Below, piece after piece: positions 10,867 through 22,700 of a stretch of DNA of 38,115 nucleotides. The stretch covers positions 1-38,115 of the forward strand of contig ML992544.1 of assembly GCA_010093995.1 (NCBI GenBank), read 5' to 3'. Position 1 is the stretch's first letter, and every line of letters starts with the position of its first letter. The notes under the pieces were generated by a model. The model made no database searches. It was not told where the DNA came from and saw only the letters and a list, made by a program, of their open reading frames with translations. Position numbers and translations under genes: made by a program. This stretch comes from Elsinoe ampelina (lineage: Eukaryota).

Positions 10867-12331
10867 CTACTTCTTCACCCCCCTCGCCTCACTCGACGCA
10901 CTCGCTTCCCCTTCGGACCTCACCTCATCAACATCCACCATCTCCCTTCCTCCAGCCACAACCAACTTATCCTCCTCCCCCTCCTCCGCCTCCCCACTCA
11001 ACATCCCCTCCCTCTCCCCCCTCCCCTCCCCTTCCTCGCTACTCACACTCTCATACCCCTGGCCCCCCTCCTTATCCATGATAAACGCATCAATGATATA
11101 ATACTGAATCGCATTCATCGCCAACGGAAACAAGAACATGACAAACGCAATCTGCAAACTCTCATTCCCCTCCGTCCAGCGCAGAGCCCAGTCGCCGATC
11201 CAGGGCAGCCAGGGCAAGGCGGAGAACATAAAGAGCACGAACAGCTTCATCCCGAAGAGGCCGAGGAAGTAGATGAAGCATTGCTTGATCCACCATTTGA
11301 CGTGGGGCGGGGAGCCGTAGTGGCCTGACTTGAGGGATTCGGGGGGGTTGGCGAGGGGTGTGCGGAGGAAGAGGGAGTGCAGGATTTTGAGCAGGACGAC
11401 GAGGATGGGAATGCCGATTGTGGTCTGCAAGGATTAGTAGGGTTTGGGAATGGGGAATGGGGAATGGGATGCTTACGTCGATGGCGAGGTTGAGCAGGTA
11501 GAAGGAGCAGGGGTTGGGGATGCGGTCGCCGTCATCGGCGCTTTGTTCGGCCATGGCTTTGACTTTGCGTTGGGGGTCGACGTCGGTGCTGCTGAGCATA
11601 CTCATGGCGAGATTGGCGACGTGGAGGAGAGCGGTACCGACGACTTGCTTGGAAGCGTCGAAGAGCCAGATCTTCATTGGGCGTCGGGGCTTTTCTCGCC
11701 ATCGCTTGAAGACGAGGGAGCCGAGCGCCAGGATGCCGAGAGCGCCTTGCACGATGATGGCAAAGGGTCCGAGAAGGTGGCACTCTCCACTTTGTGCCTG
11801 AGGGCCATCTTCGCTTCCCTTGTCATCCTCTGCCTTGACCGGCGGCGGTGCTTCTAAGCTGTCCCCAATCTTGGGCATACCCTCCTTCTCATCCTTCTCC
11901 TTCCCTGCCGCCTTGTCCTCTTCCTTGATCTCCTCTTGCTTTACACCCTTGATGTCCATCAACTGTGTCTCAAAGATCAAGATCGCGTTGGGCGGGATCA
12001 GCCCGGATCCCCTTGATCCATATGCCATCTCGGAAGGTATTGTCAACTTCCTCCTCGTGCCTACGCACATGTCTAATAATCCTTCATCCCACCCAGCGAT
12101 GACCTGTCGTGCTCCGAGCTTGAATGTAAAAGGCTGCCCACGGTCCCATGATTCGTCAAACTGTAACCCGTCGACCAGTGTCCCTCGGTAGTGTACAGAA
12201 ACCGTGTCGCCCTTCTGTGTCGGCCGCTTGCAGGCAACGTGTTTGGTGTCCTCATATTGGAGGCCAGACGGCTTGGTGATGACTTCTGCGAGGGCCGCGG
12301 GGATGAGGGCGAGTAAAGTGAGTGGAAGCAT
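10867..12331 (-). CDS. fpr2-like: Secretory-pathway FKBP-type peptidyl-prolyl isomerase fused to a multi-pass membrane domain (STIMATE/TMEM110/YPL162C-like), ~470 aa
   Basis: Exons 12331-11477 and 11424-10867; intron GTAAGC..CTAAT..CAG (52 nt). Signal peptide MLPLTLLALIPAALA; FKBP motifs GDTVSVHYRGTL, FDES, GQPFTFKLGARQVIAGWDEGL, LTIPSEMAYG, IPPNAILIFE. Membrane-domain motifs CHLLGPF, KRWREKPRRPMKIWLFDASKQ, NPCSFYLLNLAIDTTIG, PLAMNAIQYYIID. Confidence 0.9.
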
Positions 12332-12795
12332 GGCCGCCTGCGTCCTGTCTAGTGTCGTGAGAGCAGGAGGTAAGATCAGGAGGCGGAAATGAGGTCGGGG
12401 AGTTTCTCCGCGTCTTTCAGGTGGTCATGTTCGCGAAACAGCAGGGTGAGTGGTAGGGTATTCGCAATCCTGCTTCTTGTTGTTGTCGAACAGGAGCCAG
12501 GAGTCTCGACGAGCGTATCAGGTGGGAAAAGGCCAACGTTGTGGTTCACGTTGGAAGGCTGACGGGATGGATTGAAGCAGGATGAGGCAGACGTGACCTG
12601 GTAGGTGGTTGTCTCTAGCCAATCAGAAGCCAGTGGAGAAGCCGTCGTCTGCACTCTTTGAATGCGGGCATCATCCCGCAAAAGGCTCGTGTAATATTTT
12701 CAGGGAGATCTTTGATAATCTCAAGACCCTGCTTTATCCTAGAACGGATGTCAAAATCATTTCGTAGACGTGGGGGCTATCAGACATGAGCATCG

Positions 12796-14197
12796 ATGAG
12801 TCCAGGCACTCCAGACTGGCGAGGCTCATTAAGCTTTAGCGAGAGATTACAGTCGATTCTTCGAATGTAGGTCGCGTCTCAAATTACCATGAATTTTACT
12901 GATTGCTAGTCAAATTGCCCAGACTCATCGCGACGACACATCCTCAACCGAATCACAAATTCGGGCAAAGGCTCGTGAAAATGAGATATACAAGACAGCC
13001 ACTTCTCGAGTATGACGCCGGTCTTACATCACAGCCGAATTCGATACTGATAATGTCCAGGATCTGTACGAGATCTTGGTTGGGAACCACATTCGTAACC
13101 TCGAAAGCATACCCGTTGTGGGCGGGGCCCTGGAGGAAGCCGACTTGAGCGATGATGTTGACCAGTTACTGTCCGGAGGGGTCACCATTGGCGACTATAT
13201 CAACGCACAACACTACAAAGATGGCCAGACCGCTATCATCTACAAGGCAAAGTCGATCAAGCAATGTCCTTCTAGAGACAGTATATGGAAGGGCGGCTTT
13301 GTGGCGTTGAAGGTCACAAATCCGTCAACCATGACACCGCCGCACGACTCGAAGCGGGAAGCAAGACTTCTCAGAGCATGTGCGTCAAAACAAGTCGTTC
13401 CATTGCTTGACGCGTTTGACGCCAAAGGAGGACAATTTGTCCTGGTATTTCCGTTTCTGGCTATAGATCTGGACGAACTGCTTCGTCGTGGAGCCATCCC
13501 TGAGGTCCGTGGCAAGGCTATCATGAAGGATGTGCTATCCGCCTTGGTCCACGTTCATGGAATTGGCATGATACATCGAGATATCAAGCCGTCGAATATC
13601 CTGTTGAAACATCCGAATGGACCTGCTTGGTTGGGTGATTTCGGTATAGCCTGGTCACGGGACGATCCAGCTTCAGAATCGTTCGACAAGAAGATACTGG
13701 ATGTCGGCACTACGTGCTACAGACCTCCAGAGCTCGTGTTTGGTAATGAGAGATATGGTGCGAGTCTGGACATGTGGGCTCTCGGTTGTGTAGCTGCGCA
13801 AGTCTTTGATCTTGGTCAACGAACTTTGTTTGACTCGGGCGATCTTGGTAGCGATTTGGCTTTGATCAAAAGCATTTTCGAGACTTTGGGCACACCGAAT
13901 CTCGATATCTGGCCTGTAGGTTGTCCGTTCAACCCATACCGTCTATACTAATCCCCGGCAGGAAGCCAGAGGATTTCCGGACTGGGGCAAGATGGCTTTC
14001 AAGGAGTATGAGAGCCGGTCGTGGGGTGTCATATTGCCCAAGGCGTCCCCTGAAGCACGAGACTTCGTTTCCCAGCTTGTCTGCTACGAGAGTAAATCAC
14101 GATTGATACCCGCAGTGGTGAGCTCCTGCCAGATTGACAATGAGTAAAGCACCGAAAACTAACTCTTTAGGCACTGGATCACCAGCTTTTGAGATGA
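12796..14197 (+). CDS. csk1-like: CDK-related Ser/Thr kinase, Csk1/Cak1 (CDK-activating kinase)-like, ~402 aa, with an N-terminal helical KIX-like segment
   Basis: Exons 12796-12866, 12910-13009, 13061-13915, 13962-14117, 14171-14197, all GT-AG and frame-consistent. VALKVT, HRDIKPSNILL, DFGIAW, DVGTTCYRPPELVFG, DMWALGC, FPDWGKM. No GxGxxG loop (YKDGQTAIIYKA), as in monomeric fungal CAKs. Confidence 0.8.
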
Positions 14198-14563
14198 TAA
14201 TTACGGCGCCTTTAAGACCAGTCGTACTTGAGCGTGGTGTTGGCACAACGGAGGTTAATGGATTGCTTGCTTAACAGACGAGTCCTGGATGAGGCGAATA
14301 TGATACCCCCGTGAATGATGTTTGTCGACGCAGCCAGAGCCGCAGATAAAGGTGGGGCCAAGATCGTCTCTCGGCCCGTGGATCCGTCGGCTACTTTCTC
14401 TATTTGTTGATCGGCGCAATTGTGTGGGGTTGCAGGTCGTCAGGGTCATTCAAACTCACGGTATTCATACCTCTCGCCAAACTTGGATATCTTCATGGTC
14501 GCTTTACTTCGAGCTCGCGCGCAAAGTGGCGCATCAGACTAGCGGTCCAGTACACGAGACACG

Positions 14564-15898
14564 ATGGCTTTCCTCTTCGGACGAGCTCGTGGGAAGTCCA
14601 CCACCGAGCTTGTTCATGCGACTCAGGATCTAGTACTAAAGTCGATTGCCGAAGACAAGCCAAATGCAAAGGTGATTGCTTACAGAAGTCCTGCTACTGC
14701 TCACGCTGACAATGGACAGATTGATGAAGAGCTCGGCAGGAATCTGGCGTCCATGAAGGTCATGCTACAAGGCACTCCTGGTATGGAGAACAGCACCTTG
14801 CAGACATCTGGCAAGCTGACTCACGACTGCAGACGTAGAAAGCAGTCCCGATCAAGTCTTCCAGCTCTGCAATCTTCTGGTCAAAGAGGACCTGTTGCGA
14901 CTCCTCACCGAGAATATTCACCGCTTGCCATTCGAAGCTCGAAAAGACACACAGGCCATCGTCTCGAATGTGTTCAGATTCAAACAGCCAGGAGACACAT
15001 CAACGGAGCCAGTCGCACTTCAATACGTCATTGCCAATCGGCCAGAGATCATCATCGCACTGTGTCAAGGTTACGACAAGAGAGAGAGTGCTATGCCATG
15101 TGGAGGCATCCTGAAAGAAGCATTGAAACACGATGCAGTCACAGCACTGATATTATACCACGAACCGAGTGAGGATGGCAAACCTATGGATCTCTCGACC
15201 ATCGACACATCACAACCAGCATCCGGCAAGGGTGTCTTCTGGAAGTTCTTCGACTGGATTGATAAGAGCTTGTTTGAAGTCAGCACAGATGCATTTGACA
15301 CGTTCAGGGTCAGGGGAGCACATCCGAAGCACATACGCCATACTGATGATCTACAGAACCTGATGATCAAGCACAAACCCATGGTGGCCAAGTACATTGA
15401 CACCAACTTCGACATGTTTTTCGACAAGTACAACAACACGCTGATCAAATCAGAATCATACGTCACGAAACGCCAGTCAATAAAATTGCTGGGAGAAATC
15501 TTACTTGACCGCCAATTCTACGAGATCATGACGAGATATGTAGAGTCGGGAGAGAATTTGAAATTGATCATGTGGCAGCTCAAGGACGACAGAAAGATGG
15601 TACAATACGAAGGCTTCCACGTATTCAAGGTAATTATATCCGTACCGCCATTTGCTGACCCACATGTGCTCACGCGAACAAGATCTTTGCAGCCAATCCA
15701 AACAAATCTCCGGAAGTACGACGGCTACTCATCATGAATCGGCAGCGGCTACTGGATTTTCTGCCCAATTTTTTGTCAGACCGACAAGAAGATGACCAGT
15801 TCAACGATGAGAAATCATACTTGATCAAACAAATTAAACTCCTTCCGACGACGCCTGGCGGAAGTGCAGCACCCAACGGAAATGCACCGGGTAAATAA
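14564..15898 (+). CDS. hymA: Mo25/CAB39-family scaffold protein (HymA)
   Basis: Exons 14564-14671, 14720-14780, 14833-15308, 15357-15629, 15683-15898. Motifs LPFEARKDTQAI, FEVSTDAFDTFR, SYVTKRQSIKLLGEILLDR, VQYEGFHVFKIFAANPNKS, DDQFNDEKSYLIKQI. Confidence 0.95.
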
Positions 15899-16213
15899 AG
15901 ACAGAGACAGAGTCAGGCGGAGATTTCTCCCAACCATGGATCAAAGCTCAAAATGCCACGCGCCGCGAAAACGCCCGCGATCTTCTGATGCAACGCGCTA
16001 GGAATGGGTAGTCGACGGCAGACATGGCTGACGGCAGAGGCCACCACGCCTGAACGAGGATTGAAGACCGAGACTCGTCCGACCGTGGCCGATCAGGAAG
16101 CATGTACAGCAGATTTTTATTACTTGGACACACGAGGCATGAAAGGATGAAAGCATGAAGAATGTACATGACAAGCAAATGCATACAGGGCTGCGATGCA
16201 TTATGGAGCAGTA

Positions 16214-16257
16214 ACGTTCTCCACGGGGATACGAGCCTATCCCTAGAGACGAGCCTA
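16214..16257 (+). repeat. Left terminal inverted repeat (44 bp) with two internal GA(T/G)ACGAGCCTA sub-repeats
   Basis: ACGTTCTCCACGGGGATACGAGCCTATCCCTAGAGACGAGCCTA is the exact reverse complement of 18724-18767. Confidence 0.97.
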
Positions 16258-17271
16258 TTGCCAGAGCTGGAAAGCGGTGAGATATCCCCGGAGATACACC
16301 GACCTGCCTTTTTTGGTGAATGATATACTTCTTAGTATATTTTTAAGCTTTTAAACTTGTATAACTTTAGTATTAATTCATGTCGGTAGTATAGAGGCTT
16401 TTAAGGCTAAGGCTTAGAGTTAGTGTTTTTAGCTTGTAATTAAGACCTTAGAAAGCGCTAAATAGTCTATTATATAGTATAGAATTGCTTCCTTATGTCC
16501 TTTAGTTATATAGCACTATAATCTAACTCTAGCTATCTCTAATCTCTAGTAGTAGAGTGCCTTAACTATTTAAGGGCTTAATAAAGAAGGATTAACTATT
16601 ATCCTTAGTTAGCTAAGTAATAGTGTTAGCCTTATCTACCTTAATACTATTAATCTCTAGTGTAAAGTAATAACCCCTTATAGCCTCTTACTCTTCCTTA
16701 GCTATATAGAGGCGTTAGATAGTAGCTTAATAATTCTTTACTAACTCTTAGTGCTAAGATTAAAAGCTAGTATAGTTAGCTAAAGAGGTAGATTAGTAAA
16801 CTTACTTAGCTAGTTTAGTTCTCCTTTTATAAGCCTTATCTCTTTATTTATCTACCTCTTTTACCTTCTTATTAGTAGCTAACTACTTACTAACCTTCTT
16901 AGTACTAAGAACTACTCCTCTAGAGGGGTAGCCTTTACGCTTCTTCCTTACTAACTCTTTATATATATACTAAGTTACCTTATTAAGTTAATCCTTAAGT
17001 AAGATAGCCTTTTACCCCTCTACCTCCTTACCTTTATAAGCTTAGATAAAGGCCTTATAAAGTTGTTAAATTATACTCTACTAGTAGCTAATAACTCGCT
17101 ACTAAGTATCTATACGTTACTTAGTAAGGTAATTAAGCTTCTAGTAGAACTACTAGTCGGTTTTAATAGGAGTATTACTAGTTAGTAAGGAGTTAGAGTA
17201 CTAGTAAGATAGTATTAAAGGTAGAGGAGAAGTTAATAGTTATAGTTAAAAATTCTATAAAGAGCTTAACG

Positions 17272-17316
17272 AAGATTATAAAGATTATAAAGGCTATAAA
17301 GACTATAAAGACTATA
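17272..17316. repeat. Five copies of a 9-bp tandem repeat (AAGATTATA/AAGACTATA) inside the transposase remnant
   Basis: aagattata aagattata aaggctata aagactata aagactata. Confidence 0.8.
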
Positions 17317-18723
17317 AGGATTAATGTTAAATTTAAGCAATTATAACCTCTAGATCGAGAGGTATTAGACTAGTAGCTCTAAAGGCTGTTATCTACTCTA
17401 ATTTATTAAACACCTTATTACATATAGTAGTATAAGCCTCGAGAAAGTAGTACTTATTAATGTAGTTAACGCCCTTATATATAATATTATAGATAGCCTT
17501 ATAGTAGTTATACTTAAGTTATAAGAAGATAGAGATATTACGAGGCTAAAGAAAGTAAGAGGTATAAGGGGGTAGCTTAGCAAGAATAATATAGTACTTA
17601 TAAGCTAGCTAAATAAAGTTAGCTATAAGGTATAAGTAATAACTATTAAGGATAAGTAGCTACTAGTAATACTTTAAATCCTTCTTCTTTATAGGCTAGC
17701 TATAATTATCTACTAGCTAAGTATAAGGGATAAAGTACTACCTTATCTAGTAAAGAGTAATCTTATTATTTAACTAGCTAGTTAGTAAGGTAGTAATAGT
17801 AGCCTCTTTATATAAGAAGTACGCTAGTAATTAGACTAGCTCTTTAAGCTAATCCTCTATTAGTGCCTTCCCCTTTAAGATAAAGAAGAGAGGTACTTTA
17901 TAACTAGCTATATTAGTTATCTTAATTGTAGTAGCCTACTTATATTAGCCTAGCTACTATAAATATATTTAGTACTAATCTTAGATACGTACCTATATCT
18001 AATTAGACCTAATTATACTAATATAGTAGCTAATTTTGTCTATATTATAAAGGTTATATTCCTTAACTTAGTACTTCTTATAGAGCTCTCTAATTAAGGA
18101 GTACTACTTCTATATCTTCTAAAAATCCTCTATCTCTTTAAGCTAAATAATATCTATAGCTAGCTATCGAGATAGGCTAATTTAAGAGTGCCTCTATTAA
18201 AATCGTTTATACTAGTAAGCCCTAAGAGGCCGAAAGGCTACGTAGTATAGAAGGGAGAGTAAGGTCCTTAATAGTAAAAGGTATATATATTTAGTAAGTT
18301 AGCAACTATTAGGATTAAAGCCTCTAGCTACTAGATACTCTAATAGCTTAATAAGAGTAAGTTCTTATGCCGGCGTAAGTCTTTATTAATCCTAATAAGC
18401 CTCCCTTAGTGATAATTAAGTGCCTAATAGTTACCTTCTTAGAGTCTTATATTTAACTAAAGAAAAGCGTTTTAAAAGCTAGTAAAGGGTAACTTAGCCT
18501 TTAGAGGCTTAATACTTATAGATAGTAGCGTTTAGCTATGTTTTACGCTCTAAATTACAATTGTTTATTATTAACAAGGAGGTAGAATAGGTAGAGTATT
18601 AAGGCTTAAGGGAGAGGATTATAGAAGTTTTAATTACTTAATTAGGCGACGGGATCGGTGTAGAACAAGCACCTCCGATTAGCTATTCGGCCTGTAAAGC
18701 CTATAATGGTAAGCTAAGCGAGG

Positions 18724-18767
18724 TAGGCTCGTCTCTAGGGATAGGCTCGTATCCCCGTGGAGAACGT
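18724..18767 (-). repeat. Right terminal inverted repeat (44 bp)
   Basis: TAGGCTCGTCTCTAGGGATAGGCTCGTATCCCCGTGGAGAACGT followed by TA. Confidence 0.97.
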
Positions 18768-19748
18768 TAATTTAGCGACGTTTGCAGCAACGAGGTTCCA
18801 GACTGTCCAGACTGCGGCTCCAAGACGGCCAAGTGACCCCGTTTGTGGTCTCCCGCCGTTCTAGAAGACATGGAAGGCGATCCAACAAATCCTTCCTCAT
18901 CAACATCACACACTTGCAGCTAGCAGACGAAACATATCGCCGTGATTGGGTGCTGATTGAATGAGAATGCTGCCGCAAAGTTCTCGACCCCTTGCCACAA
19001 TTCTATCTGATTATTTGACACCTCGAGAGAAAGTTCAACCCATGGTTCTCGACGTCCGATCAGTGTCGATCTCGATCGTCTATGAGATGTATCCAGCTTG
19101 ACAGTTTTATGCGCCCTGCTGATCGTGTCGATTCGTGCATATGCTAGCTTGCAACAACCCTTACTGATTTGACCTCAACCGGTCCAGAAACAATAGGGTA
19201 GTAACAAGTGACTCGTGCACGGAGGGTGGCAGGTCCCAGAGACCTCCTTTGGGGAATGAGCATGCCCAACTCTATTTTGTCATCCGCGGGCCTCTCCACC
19301 ATGGGATTGTCTCAGTGTAGGTCAAAACATAGCAAAATACAGACACAAGCGAGACTGTCGCAATCGACGAAAATCTAGTCGAGCAATCTTCCTTTGTGTT
19401 GTCGGTGAGCAAAAGTGCTTTGCTGCTCACGGCAGTCGACTCTTTTCCCGGACCTCCCAAAACTACGTCACCGACAGCGACCTGAGGTGAAGCCCGTTCG
19501 AAGACTGCACCTTTCCGCGCTGCACCCACACACTGAACTCCCACAACCTGTCACGGACCTCTGGTCTGCCTTGCCTCTGCTGCCCGTCTCTTGGTACACA
19601 AATAATCCTACATCTTGTCAATACTATTTACCACTTGACGACGAATTCCACCCATGCGATTCCTACTTTCGACACCTCCCGCGCGGTCGAGTTGGTCTGC
19701 AACCACTGAGATCCTCACGCGCGCTCACCCACAGCTGCTTCGACAGCA

Positions 19749-22700
19749 ATGAGACCAACCTCCCAGTACTCGGCTTCACAGAGCAATAAACTCGGAAGGT
19801 CATCAAGTGAAGAGACGGCTTCCAGGACAGATATTAGACCGCTGGTTCGGCCATCGCTGAAAAGAGTCTCTGCGACGTCACCGGAGGACAAAACTTCACA
19901 TTCAGCACAGAGTTCAGGAACAAGCACAGGAGAATCTTCCGGCGACGATAGCCAAGATAGCTCGGGACGAGAAAGTGATAGCACTACACCTCTGGCAGAT
20001 CCAGAAAGAAGAGCAGCAGGAGGGGCTTCCAAATTACAAGATGGTCGGCCACCCAATGAGCAAGAGCTCGCAAAGCTCAGAGCTGCTGTGAACAGAAGGC
20101 TCATGTCGGAACAACAACGAGCCACCAAAAGTGGCAAGGCACCACCGCCAGCAGTGCAAAGAGCTATTAGTGGTTCATCACTCAGGCAGGTCAGAGGCTC
20201 TTCGCCAATCACGGAGGAATCTCCGCAGATTGCCCCATCAGGTCAACCATCCTCGACAGAATCGACTCGTACTGTACGTGGGGTTGGGGTCACTCCTGGA
20301 GCTCAGGCTGTGCGGACACCATCTTATCCCTTTCCTCACATGAACTCACCCCGCGTCTGGTCACCAGCTTTCCACCAGCCCTTCACTATCCTCTCTCCTA
20401 CGACCTCGGCAGAACCTTCATCAACACCAGGTGACAGCACCATATCTGGCGCAAGCACTCCTGGGGCATCTTACGCCGCTTTCGCTCCTCGAGGAGTAAT
20501 TGATGCTGAACCAAGCGACCCTCGCTATCCCAACCCTAACCTATATGAGATCGTCCTACAACTGACAGCAGAGCCTGGTCTAGATACATGGTGGAACGCA
20601 GTGACAAAGATCCTTCACGACTCGTACCTAGCAGACCGAGTCACACTTGCTCTACCAGCAGATGCCAATGATATCGAGAACGTCCCGTGGGGCCAGAAAG
20701 CAACCTTCAACGTCACAGGTCGAGCTGAAGAAAGCGAATCGTCTAGCTTGTCCAGTCCTCAACGACAGCAGCTTGGTACGCCCGGCGAATTACGAACGCC
20801 TTGGCCACACATACTGCATGCCCGGCCCGGGCTGGAGTCACGGCATTCATACGCTGGTGTTGGACTGACATTGAAAGACCAGAATATCAAACGAGAAAAT
20901 GCCGGCACTCCAGCACGTCCAGCAGGACCACTACGAACCGTCAGCCATATGCCTAGCATGCTCCGACATGAAAGCTCGTATAGCAACACTGGCTTCACAC
21001 CCATCAGCGAAGCGCGGCATGCTTCATTCAGCGACCCCGATTTCAGCAGCGTTGGCGGCGATCGCCAATTCATCCCCCACGTATCGATGTTCCCAATACT
21101 AAGAGGGCTGGGAGCTGAGGTGGATAACTTGATTGACGCAAGCGGGGTAAACAAGGTGTTGGAAAGGGGCAATATGGTCACTTTAACGAGGGACTACTCA
21201 TTGGAGCAAAGTCCAGGCTATTCAGAAGGTAAAGATCTCCCCACCCCCAAAAATGCCGCCGCCGCCTCTGCCCAAAAGTCGCCTGCCAAATCAGCTTTGC
21301 CGTACCGGAGTATCTTTTCAACGACGGATCCTGGAAATCAAAGGAGAGGCTCGGCCTACGAAGAATACGAACAGTCGCCGCCATCGCCCTGGTCTCAGTC
21401 ACCCGCTCCATCACCGGCAATCCAGGCCGACCCGGCGGAGAATCCTTTCTTCACTGGCGGAGACTCGGTCGAGGATACGTTTGATCCCCCAGCTGCTTCT
21501 CCTGATTATTCTAATCTACAGGCCATCGAAGCCATTGGTGTCGACAAAGCCAACACAGTTATCCATCTTCCACTCATCCATCCTACCCTTTCAGGCAGCA
21601 TGCCTTCACACGGCGATGAATCTCAGCTACCAAGTGCTCAATCAACGCCCGACCCTCGTTACCCACCGGGGATGGGGAGACGTGAGAGAAAAGCACCAAT
21701 TGCTATTATATCCATCCTTAGTCCGGCTGTGCCATACCCACAGAACCTGACGAATTCACTCAAGATGCTCGGACCGCACTTGGCAGCTTCCTACTCAATT
21801 GCAGAGCAGCTTTCAGCAGTACAGTCACAAGCATGGGCGAACAGGCACAAGCGAGGTATTTCTGGAAAGGTGCCTGCTCCACTCGCTCTACAAGCATCGA
21901 ATCTCGACCACTTGATGCGCAATGAATATGATGATTCAAATGCGTCGGTTTCCGGTAGCATCACAAGTCCATCCGACTACTCTGGACGATCGAAGCATAG
22001 CCCCAGCAGCTCCATAGCGGGCACTCCAGGATGGGATACTCTACTTGCAGGAAACAGGTCAGTCGCTGGTACTCCGGCACATACTCACGAAGCAGCAGAA
22101 GGCTACTTTGAGAAGAGAAGAGCTGGTGTACCGAGATCTGCGAGTCTAACAAGTGGCGGCGTCTCGCCAGTGACACCTATCAAGGGTGGTCGAAAGTCTC
22201 CAAATACCGAAGGAAAATCATCATCAAAGAAGATGGCGCAAGACGAGGATCGAGAACGACGCCTGCGTACTTCTTCATCGAGTAAGCCGGAAAAGTCGCC
22301 ACTGCGAGTTATGGCTCCGCGTGATCAAAGTCCACCTCGTTCGACCGACACTTCATCCCCTCGCAGGCCTAACTTTCGTCACTCAGCTTCAATTGACCTC
22401 AACGCCGACAATGCAGATCGCTTACACTCCGTCCTCCATTCATATGGCGCGGACTTTGCCTCTACTTTCCAATCACTCCCCGCATCGGCAATCCCTAAGA
22501 CGCCCGCCGGAAGCAGTGGATCCTCACACAGCCGAGATACTCCAACGACCGAGCCTCAGGATATGCCACCTCCATCCGAGCGCCTACTGCGGACCATCAT
22601 TGACTCGCTGCCCGTCCAGATCTTTACCGCAGCTCCAATTTCTGGCGAGCTTACTTGGGTTAATTCTAAATTCTTGGTCTACCGTGGTCAGGATTCGAGA

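Larger units (their letters stand above)
16214..18767 (-). mobile_element. RIP-inactivated pogo/Fot1-type (Tc1/mariner superfamily) DNA transposon, 2554 bp
   Basis: Perfect 44-bp TIRs starting ACGT, TA on both sides (16212-13, 18768-69). Interior very AT/TpA rich and almost free of CpA/TpG. On the minus strand, reversing C->T/G->A changes restores DDE transposase motifs YNMDETG (~18028-18054), LLILDGHxSH (~17625-17665) and LPPHTSHFLQPxD (~17535-17575). Confidence 0.93.

Noticed and set aside
17398..17583. Hydrophobic 61-aa ORF inside the transposon
   Set aside because: By-product of RIP-generated AT richness within the transposase remnant.
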